62,453 bases of DNA from a virus (taxonomy: Duplodnaviria; Caudoviricetes). The position numbers were made by a program, and so were the translations under genes. Each line of letters begins with the position of its first letter. The stretch's first letter is position 1. The notes under the pieces were generated by a model, which ran no database searches, was not told the origin of the DNA, and worked only from the letters and a program-made list of their open reading frames with translations. Below, one piece after another: positions 55,738 to 62,453 of this stretch. The DNA is taken from the IMG/VR virus record IMGVR_UViG_3300022173_000339, positions 1 through 62,453 of that record; one strand, given 5' to 3'.

Positions 55738-56225
55738 GCGATGGCCTCCGCGATCGAGGCGACGTTCTGCTCCGCGTCGCGGGTGATCGTCGTGGTCTTC
55801 GTCTTCGAGCCGTCGGCCTCGACGATCTGGGACACCAGTCCGTTTGCGTCGCGGGTGATCACCGTGTTGATCGGCACGCCGTTGATCTTCTCGAAGATCG
55901 AGACCTGGGCCGAGCCGTCGGGCGCGACGATCTGGCGGTCGTCGGTGTCCCGGTTCTTCAACTCGACGGCGCCGATCTCGATGTCGCCGACGACCAGCGT
56001 CGCGTCGACGCTGAGCTTGCCGTCCTTCCACAGCACCGGCTTAAATTGTCCGCTGACGGCATCGAGAGCGAAAAGCTGTGCGTGCCTGTCGCTCTCGGAG
56101 CCCTCCGCCAGCGGTTGCGGGGTGATCGGGTCCGGTCCCGCAGGCTTCGCGGGGCTGAACTCGGTCGGCGACTGAGGGGGAACCCCGTCGCTTTGACCCG
56201 GCGTGAAATAGGGCTCGTCGGCCAT
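55734..56225 (-). CDS. hypothetical virion protein
   Basis: DIEIGAVELKN motif shared with 53202-55439; two ITRDA hairpin repeats. Confidence 0.7.
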   Translation of the reverse strand: MADEPYFTPGQSDGVPPQSPTEFSPAKPAGPDPITPQPLAEGSESDRHAQLFALDAVSGQFKPVLWKDGKLSVDATLVVGDIEIGAVELKNRDTDDRQIVAPDGSAQVSIFEKINGVPINTVITRDANGLVSQIVEADGSKTKTTTITRDAEQNVASIAEAIA

Positions 56226-56234
56226 GATCTCCCT

Positions 56235-56843
56235 TTACTCCGCGCGATGCACGATACCGGCCGCCGTCGCCGGGACCGTCGTCTGGGCGCCCGCCGGAGC
56301 CGCCCCGGCCAGCACCGGCTCACCGCCGCCCACGGGGCTGCGGATCATCTCCGTCGGCTTGGCCTCCTGCTCCTCGTTGCCGGGGATGGTCACGCCGTTC
56401 TCGTCGCGGAGGCCCATGAGGATTTCGGCGCGGACCTTCGCCGCCTTGGCGACTTCGGCGTCCTTGTCCTGCATCCAGTCGGACAGCGCCGACATCGAGG
56501 TCGAGTCGCTGATCTCGCGCAGCTTCGACGCGCGCATCCGGCTCTGGAGTTCGGCCTGCGTCGGCGCGCCGCCGTTGACCGGAGCGGGCGCGGACTCGGA
56601 CTTACCGGCCGCGAGGTCCTTGAGGTGGCCGGTGCCGATGAGCGAGGCGATCTCGTGGGCGGCGTCGAGGACCTGGCTCCGGCGGAAAGCGGTCCGCAGG
56701 TCCAGCGTCTGCCCGGGCGCGATCTCGATGCCGTTGAGCGTCGAGAGCACGATCTTGGAATTCTTGGTCACGTTCTGGATCACGGTGAAGCAGCGGTCTT
56801 CGTCGGCCCAACCCTTCGTCTCTTTGCTGTCGGTCATGGTCAT
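56235..56843 (-). CDS. hypothetical protein following the major capsid gene
   Basis: AAAGGGAGG SD; IEIAPGQTLDL domain. Confidence 0.7.
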   Translation of the reverse strand: MTMTDSKETKGWADEDRCFTVIQNVTKNSKIVLSTLNGIEIAPGQTLDLRTAFRRSQVLDAAHEIASLIGTGHLKDLAAGKSESAPAPVNGGAPTQAELQSRMRASKLREISDSTSMSALSDWMQDKDAEVAKAAKVRAEILMGLRDENGVTIPGNEEQEAKPTEMIRSPVGGGEPVLAGAAPAGAQTTVPATAAGIVHRAE

Positions 56844-56916
56844 GACCTCCCTTTAATTTTTCGTCTTGGCTCGGGCGTGGTGCCCACGTCAAATCGGGGG
56901 TCCTTCTTAGGGCTAG

Positions 56917-56946
56917 GCCCCGGGCGGCCTTTCGGCCACCCGGGGC
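56917..56946 (-). other. strong hairpin after the major capsid gene (pause/stabiliser or atypical terminator)
   Basis: GCCCCGGGTGGCC-GAAA-GGCCGCCCGGGGC; no U-tract. Confidence 0.6.
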
Positions 56947-56967
56947 TTCGTCCTCTGGCGCCTTCGC

Positions 56968-57843
56968 TTAGAAGGGCACGAACGTCGGCTTGCCCGTGAC
57001 GTTGATGCGGCTCACGCTGCGGGGGTTGACGACGGCGATGCCCAACTCTTCGTAGACGACCCAGCCCAGGCGCAGGCGCTCGGGCTTGTCCGCCGGGATC
57101 ACGTTCACGTCCTGCCGGATCGGCATGACGCCCGTGAACTCGGGCTCCGCGATGACCCAGATCGTGCCGCGCGGCACGACCTTGGACACCAGGATGTCCA
57201 GCGTCCAGAGATGGCCGACGAGGCCGGTCTGGAGAACTTCCCGCTGCGTCACGGGATCGAACTGATCGCGGCCGAACTTCATCAGGTCGGAATACTCGGA
57301 GAAGTTCATGACGAACTTCGCGGGCACGAGGTCCCACTTGCCGACCTCGGCCAAACCGCTGACCAGGGCGTCGCGCGTCAACTGATTGGCGACCGTGGTT
57401 TCGGGGTTCAGCAGGTTCGAGGAGCGATCGATCGCGTTGAACACGTTGCGATCTTCCTCGGCCATGAGGTCCAGCTTCGCGCGCTGCTGCGCGCGATCGA
57501 TGAGGTTGTAGCGCCGCTCCTTGACCTGCGAGAAGCGGACCTGGGGGTAAGAGATGATCTCCCAGGTTCCGACGGTGATGCGCTCGCCTTCGACGATCGT
57601 GTCGGGCGCGGAACCGCGCTTACCGATCGTGATGACGGGAATCTTCACGTCCTTGTCGTAGACCGGCAGGGCGCCCTGAGGCAGAGGATCGACGACCAGG
57701 AGCTTGCGGCCGATGCCCTGGTAATCGAGCGTGAGCCGGATCGGGTTGGCCATGGAAGACGCGAGGGCCAGCCGTCCGGCCTCGGTCTTCAACGCCTCTT
57801 CGATCAGGAACTCTTTCTGCTCGGGGGTCATTTGAGCGTTCAT
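56968..57843 (-). CDS. major capsid protein (HK97 fold)
   Basis: TAGGAGGT SD; MANPIR..LDYQGIGRK, LPQGA.PVYDKD, AEED..VF, EELGIAVVNP; gene order. Confidence 0.85.
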   Translation of the reverse strand: MNAQMTPEQKEFLIEEALKTEAGRLALASSMANPIRLTLDYQGIGRKLLVVDPLPQGALPVYDKDVKIPVITIGKRGSAPDTIVEGERITVGTWEIISYPQVRFSQVKERRYNLIDRAQQRAKLDLMAEEDRNVFNAIDRSSNLLNPETTVANQLTRDALVSGLAEVGKWDLVPAKFVMNFSEYSDLMKFGRDQFDPVTQREVLQTGLVGHLWTLDILVSKVVPRGTIWVIAEPEFTGVMPIRQDVNVIPADKPERLRLGWVVYEELGIAVVNPRSVSRINVTGKPTFVPF

Positions 57844-57951
57844 AAGCGACCTCCTAAGTCTGCGTGTGGGGCAAGCCGTCCGCCCCCCATCGCCTCGGTG
57901 ACCTTTGTCACCCCAACTCGCTTGATCGTTCAATCCCCGAGGGGACCGAGA

Positions 57952-58500
57952 TTACTTCTGGGTGACCTGCCAGCGGAAGCCCAGGAGCACGCCGTTCGCC
58001 AGGTCGGGGACCTGGATGACGTGACCCACGTTCTTGCCGGTGCCGCCCGCGCCGCCGAGCCGCTTCGCCGTGTCGATGGTCAGGAGACCGCGAGTCGCGT
58101 CCGCGATTCCCGAACCCGCCACGACGTAGAGGTCCATGCCGACGAGATACGGCGCGTTGGCCGGAGTCGCGTCGAACTGGTCGGTGAAGTAGTCGCCGAA
58201 GAACGAGTAGTAGGTGACCTTCCCGCTCTTGAGCGTGTCGATGAAGGAGTCCGCGAGGACGCCTTCCGGCTGCGAGCCGTCGGAGATCGTGACCGCGAGG
58301 GTCCCGTCCGTCTCCGCCTTCAACTGCGCGATCTTTCCGGCCGCGAACCCGAGTTCCTGCTCGCCGAAGGGCTTCTGCAAGCCCAAGGCCGAGGCGCCCA
58401 GAAGTTCGGCGGTGACGCCGCCGAACGCCGCCTCGACTTCCGAGTGGAGCTTCTTGTCCGCGATCGGAACGCCCTCATACATCCCTTGCGTTCTGAGCAT
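57952..58500 (-). CDS. capsid decoration/cement protein
   Basis: AGKIA...PEGV...SGKVT...TDQFD...GLLT...VG.V pattern; immediately upstream of the MCP. Confidence 0.65.
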   Translation of the reverse strand: MLRTQGMYEGVPIADKKLHSEVEAAFGGVTAELLGASALGLQKPFGEQELGFAAGKIAQLKAETDGTLAVTISDGSQPEGVLADSFIDTLKSGKVTYYSFFGDYFTDQFDATPANAPYLVGMDLYVVAGSGIADATRGLLTIDTAKRLGGAGGTGKNVGHVIQVPDLANGVLLGFRWQVTQK

Positions 58501-58529
58501 ATTTACTCCTTACTGCTCGCGTTATCCGC

Positions 58530-61412
58530 CTACTGCGCCGTCGGCGGCTTCCGCCACACGTTGTTCAACTGCTCCGCGAGGCCGGTGACCGGCGCCGTCT
58601 CGGAGACGATCGCGGTCTTGAGGCCGGGGCCCCTGGACGCGATCTTGAGCAGGTCCTTCGCCGTCAGAGCGGCTTCGACTTTCTTCTCGGCGACCGGGGC
58701 CGCCACGGGCGTGAAGTTCTCGACCATGCTCGACGCGACCTTGAACGACTGGTCGTCGCCGATCATGAGGCCGTCGATGAACGCGGCCTTGTGCTCGGCC
58801 GCGAACATGCCCTTGGCCATGGCCTTGACCGCGAGGTCCAGGGCCTTGGCCGCCTTCGACCGCATCGCGAGATCGGACTGGAGCCGATCGTTGCGCTCGG
58901 TCTGGGCCTTCTTGTCCGCTTCGAGCGCGGCGACCTTCGCCTCCAGGCCCGCCTTCTCCGCGTCGGCCTTCTTCTTGTGCTCCTTCAGAAGCTCGGACGC
59001 GAACTCGGGGCTGCCGAACGCCTGCGAGTAGTAGGCCTTCTCGCTCGTCAGCTTCTTCTCCAGGGCGGACGAACCGGCCGCCGTGCGGACGTTGCTCAGC
59101 CCGAGGAGCTTGGCGGTCTTCGCCACGCCCTCGAACTTCGCGCTGGACAGTAGCTTGCGGCCGTAGTCCTTGGTCGCGAACCAGGCGAAGGCCTCGGCCT
59201 GCTCGGCCGCCGTCTTCACCGGGTAAGCGTCCTGGAGGCTGACCTTGAGGATCGGCGCGGCGTCGCGCACGACCTCCCAGTAGGAGGAGAGCATGTCCGC
59301 CTTGCTCGCGTCGTCCTTGGACGCGACCTTGGTGAACACGGCCGTCCACTTCGAGCCCGCGCGGAGTTCGGTGATCTTCGCCGACTTCTGCTGCTCGCTG
59401 AGGTTGGCCTCGGACGCGGTCTTCTCGACCTCGAAGTCCTCGATCTCGAACGCGGTCTTGACCGCGCCCTGGGCTCCGGCGCCCATGCCCATGCCGCCGG
59501 GCATCTCGGGCTTTCCGGCCGGGGGCAGACCGGCACCCTCGTCGCCGGGCATCTCCGGCGCGCCGCCCTTGAGTTCGGGCGGGAGACCGCCCTCAGCGCC
59601 GTCGGCGCCGGGGGCCTTGCGGTCCTTGAGGCCGGGGTGGCCCATGTCCTTCAGGGCCATGTCGATCACGCCCTCCATGTCGAGGACGGTCTCGCCCAGG
59701 TCCTCCAGCAGCTTGGACGTGTCGTCGGACACGCCGGTGCCGTTGGGCTTCTCCAGGGCGAACTTGACCTCCAGGTGGGAGGCGCGGCAGAGGAGACCGA
59801 TCTCGCCCAGGGCGGCGGCGATGACGGCCAGGCGGTCCTGCGCGATGCCGATAGCGGCGACGGACTTCAGACCGAGAGCGACGCCCGAGGCCTTGGTCAC
59901 GTCGGCCTCCAGCGTCTCGATCTTCTTCTCCATCCCGGCGAGCGCGGCGTCCGCGCCCTTGTCCTCGGCCTTCATGCCCTTGACCGCCTTCTGCATCTCG
60001 GCGACCTGCTTCTTCTTGTCGCCGTCCTTGTCGATCTCGCCGTGGTAGCCCGCTTCGTCCTTGGAACCGGCGGTCTTCACCGGTCCGAACGCGGCCCAGA
60101 GGCGCGACATCATCGGGCTGAGGCTGCCCGTGTCGGAGGAGCGCTGGCCGTGCTCCTTGTTGATCTCGGACTTGGTGCGACCGGCGGCGCCGCCGTAGTC
60201 CATGTCCTGCGCCTTGTCCTTGTTGTAGGTCTTCTTCTTCAGGTGCAGGCGCTGGGCCTCGTCCTCGGACGCGGCGATGACCGTCGCCAGACCGGCGAGG
60301 CGGGTGATCAGGTTCAGGCGGCGGGACGCGAGGGCGGGCAGCTTCTCCTGCGTCTCGCGCGTGAGCGGGCGATCGGTGGCGGGCTCCTTGTCGAAGCGCG
60401 CCTCGTCCGCCTTGTTCTTCTTCCAGTAGGACTTGGCCTCGTCGTCGCGGTTGTCCGCGTCGGGGGCGTAGCGGGGCTTGCCGTCCGGCATCGACGCCAG
60501 GGGGCGATCCTTCTGCTCCGCGACCTTGGTCGACGCCGACTTCTCGGAGCCGCCGTCGCCCATGGACTTCGCGCCCTCCTCGGGCGTCTGCGCGGCCCCG
60601 CCCTTCGCGGGGTCTTCGAGCGCGCCCTCGACCTTGGCCTGGCGCTTGGCGGACTCGGCGCGGATCGCGGCGAGCACGTCCTTGCGGTCGGTGCTGGCGC
60701 TCAGCGTCTTCGCCGAGTCGACGGCGTTCTTGTCCGCGTCGGGACCGGCCTTGCCCTGGCCGCCGTCCTCGACTTTGCCCGCGCCGGGATGCGCGACCTC
60801 GGTCGCGGCGGCGCGGATCGCGTCGGCGCCGGACATCACGGCCTTGGCGCGCGCGACGATCTGGTCGATCTCGGCCCCGGCGTGCAGGGACTTATAGGGG
60901 TCCTTGGAGGAGACCTGCGAGTCCACGTCGGTGTCGACGGCCTTCTCGATCGCGGGGTGCTGCTTGGAGTGGAGGGAATCCTTCACCTCTTTGTCGATGC
61001 TGCCCAGGGCGCCGTCCATCGACTTGTCCTCGGCGCGCTCCTGGCCGGGGAGACCCTTCTCGGAAGCGGTGACCGCACCGGCGATCGTGTGAGGAATCGA
61101 ATCCTCGTTGTGCGGGTCGTTCGCGCGGGCCAGAGCGAGCAGGTCGGTCTGGGGCACGTCGTTCCTGGCGGCGGAGGCCGCCATGGCCTTCACGTCCACC
61201 AGCTTGCCGTCCACGACTTCGCCGGGAGCGTTGGAACCGGCGCTGCGCGTCACTCTCATCGTCATATTGTCTCCGCCTCCCGTCTGAATTTCTTCGCCGC
61301 TGGGGGCGGCTGCTTCGGGGTTCCCCCCAAATTTTTGCTGGACGAGCTTGTTCAGCACGCCAGACTTTTCGGCGATGACCTGCCGGAGTTCCTTGTCCTT
61401 ATCCATGATCAT
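58530..61412 (-). CDS. large scaffolding/core protein
   Basis: 960 aa, low-complexity and charged, with a C-terminal coiled-coil; lies between protease and capsid genes. Confidence 0.65.
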   Translation of the reverse strand: MIMDKDKELRQVIAEKSGVLNKLVQQKFGGNPEAAAPSGEEIQTGGGDNMTMRVTRSAGSNAPGEVVDGKLVDVKAMAASAARNDVPQTDLLALARANDPHNEDSIPHTIAGAVTASEKGLPGQERAEDKSMDGALGSIDKEVKDSLHSKQHPAIEKAVDTDVDSQVSSKDPYKSLHAGAEIDQIVARAKAVMSGADAIRAAATEVAHPGAGKVEDGGQGKAGPDADKNAVDSAKTLSASTDRKDVLAAIRAESAKRQAKVEGALEDPAKGGAAQTPEEGAKSMGDGGSEKSASTKVAEQKDRPLASMPDGKPRYAPDADNRDDEAKSYWKKNKADEARFDKEPATDRPLTRETQEKLPALASRRLNLITRLAGLATVIAASEDEAQRLHLKKKTYNKDKAQDMDYGGAAGRTKSEINKEHGQRSSDTGSLSPMMSRLWAAFGPVKTAGSKDEAGYHGEIDKDGDKKKQVAEMQKAVKGMKAEDKGADAALAGMEKKIETLEADVTKASGVALGLKSVAAIGIAQDRLAVIAAALGEIGLLCRASHLEVKFALEKPNGTGVSDDTSKLLEDLGETVLDMEGVIDMALKDMGHPGLKDRKAPGADGAEGGLPPELKGGAPEMPGDEGAGLPPAGKPEMPGGMGMGAGAQGAVKTAFEIEDFEVEKTASEANLSEQQKSAKITELRAGSKWTAVFTKVASKDDASKADMLSSYWEVVRDAAPILKVSLQDAYPVKTAAEQAEAFAWFATKDYGRKLLSSAKFEGVAKTAKLLGLSNVRTAAGSSALEKKLTSEKAYYSQAFGSPEFASELLKEHKKKADAEKAGLEAKVAALEADKKAQTERNDRLQSDLAMRSKAAKALDLAVKAMAKGMFAAEHKAAFIDGLMIGDDQSFKVASSMVENFTPVAAPVAEKKVEAALTAKDLLKIASRGPGLKTAIVSETAPVTGLAEQLNNVWRKPPTAQ

Positions 61413-61421
61413 TCTCCCCTG

Positions 61422-61465
61422 TAAATAAAAAAACCAGCCGCGACAGTGCTGCTTGTCGTGGCTGG
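61422..61465 (-). terminator. terminator-like hairpin with U7 tract just before the scaffold SD
   Basis: CCAGCCACGACA...TGTCGCGGCTGG (one mismatch) followed by TTTTTTTATTTA. Confidence 0.6.
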
Positions 61466-61499
61466 CTGGCTGGTCCTTTCGGACGTGGCTGGCTGGCTG
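61457..61499. repeat. 16-bp perfect direct repeat flanking a GAAA-loop mini-hairpin
   Basis: CGTGGCTGGCTGGCTG at 61457-61472 and 61484-61499; GTCC-GAAA-GGAC (minus strand) between them. Confidence 0.85.
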
Positions 61500-61512
61500 A
61501 AACTGCTTGAGT

Positions 61513-61704
61513 CTAAACGGCCTTGTTCAGGATCAGGCCCGCTGCCTTCTTCGCGAAGCTGAGGTGATACCTCTTCTTCGACCCGTCTTCGAGTTCCAGG
61601 GTGATGATCATGGGCAGCTTCTTCGCGCTGACCACGAGCGCGAGGGCGTCGCTTTCGACCGCGACTCCCTCTGCCCCTAGATTGTGCTCGTTTTCCCCTT
61701 GCAT
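61513..61704 (-). CDS. small hypothetical protein
   Basis: 63-aa ORF fills the intergenic space; ITLELEDGSKKRYHL...GLILNK looks protein-like. Start uncertain. Confidence 0.55.
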   Translation of the reverse strand: MQGENEHNLGAEGVAVESDALALVVSAKKLPMIITLELEDGSKKRYHLSFAKKAAGLILNKAV

Positions 61705-61739
61705 TTCAATACCTATCCGTCACGAAATGGTCATCCATT

Positions 61740-62453
61740 TTACGCGAGGATCGCCTGGGCGATCCCCATGTCCAGCAGTTCGTTCACGCGGTTCCAGTTG
61801 CAGAGGCTGTTCCGGTTGAGTTCCTGCTCGGCCTCGACGAGGATTTCCGCCAGGCGCGCCTGGCCCTTGGCCGCGCGCAGGGCCGCGATCTTCTCCAGGT
61901 GCTTGGCCTTGGTGTCGGCGCCGACCGTGACCCACGACTCCTCGATGAACTCGACGCCCCGGTTGTCCTCGGCGACGACGACGTTCTTCCAGCCGGTCTC
62001 GGGGCCGGAGTAGGCCTGGCCCTTCCAGTTCTTGATGTGGGCGCAGTATTCGAGTTCGTTGTGGGCGACGTTGGTGCAGACGTTGCAGATCGAGTAGGCG
62101 ACGCGGCAGCCCATCGACACGTCGGTGATGTAGCCGCTGTCGATCCCGCGCACGAGCATCGGGTCCTTCGAGCGGTCGACGGCGACGAGCAGTTCGATGC
62201 CCTTGACCGTGTGGTTCGGCACCGCGTCGAGCAGGATGCCCACGGCGTCGGCGACCTTGGAATTGTTGTGGTCCTTGTAGTTGCCCTTGCCGATGAAGGT
62301 CTGGTAGACGTGCTTGCCCGCAGCGGCCGAGGCCTCGCGGTGGCCGCCCTCGTCGGCGATCCGGCGCAGGAGTTCCGGCTCCGACGGGTCCTTGCGGCTT
62401 CCCCAGCGGAAGAGGTCGCCGTTCGTGTTCATCGTGTCGCCGTGCAGGCCCTT
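61740..62453 (-). CDS. prohead (capsid maturation) protease, 5' truncated by the window
   Basis: NTNGD.F, DHNN, DVSMGC...SICNVC...YCAH, FIEESWV..GAD..A; the frame stays open to the window end. Confidence 0.8.
   Translation of the reverse strand, partial: KGLHGDTMNTNGDLFRWGSRKDPSEPELLRRIADEGGHREASAAAGKHVYQTFIGKGNYKDHNNSKVADAVGILLDAVPNHTVKGIELLVAVDRSKDPMLVRGIDSGYITDVSMGCRVAYSICNVCTNVAHNELEYCAHIKNWKGQAYSGPETGWKNVVVAEDNRGVEFIEESWVTVGADTKAKHLEKIAALRAAKGQARLAEILVEAEQELNRNSLCNWNRVNELLDMGIAQAILA

Noticed and set aside
3585-61424. Many long opposite-strand or alternative-frame ORFs (for example 3585-5270, 36862-39267, 49210-51564, 59637-61424)
   Set aside because: They shadow well-supported genes, have R/G/A/V/D-skewed composition without motifs, and are expected from high GC3 codon bias.
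1-62453. Genome-wide TAG or TGA stop reassignment
   Set aside because: Genes are full length under code 11; TAG ends genes cleanly at 3269, 7047 and 16855, and TGA occurs in many ATGA overlaps. No suppressor tRNA is seen.

Overview
A 62 kb segment of a high-GC, probably large and uncharacterised tailed dsDNA phage with a contractile (myovirus-type) tail. It uses the standard genetic code; no integrase, portal or terminase lies in the window. Layout: (1) 1-8393 (+): SNF2-family and DinG-family helicases, a Lar-like protein and small unknowns. (2) 8505-15867 (-): a block of early-type hypotheticals, including a MerR-like HTH, a SAM-lyase-like protein and a very basic KGG-motif protein, with a candidate stand-alone ~95-nt RNA at the convergence point. 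(3) 15929-16926 (+): a compact unit behind a consensus sigma70-type promoter encoding a bacterial-type histone-fold protein, a coupled SprT-like HExxH metalloprotease and tRNA-Asp(GTC). This is the most interesting element. (4) 16889-62453 (-): a long late region running from prohead protease, scaffold and major capsid through head accessory/fibre proteins, neck, sheath, tube, -1 frameshifted tail chaperones, tape measure, baseplate and Ig/FN3-rich tail proteins to a lysis module (M15 endolysin, holin, spanin candidate, degenerate amidase), interrupted by an inverted HNH endonuclease. All family calls come from reading motifs by eye; no database search was run.
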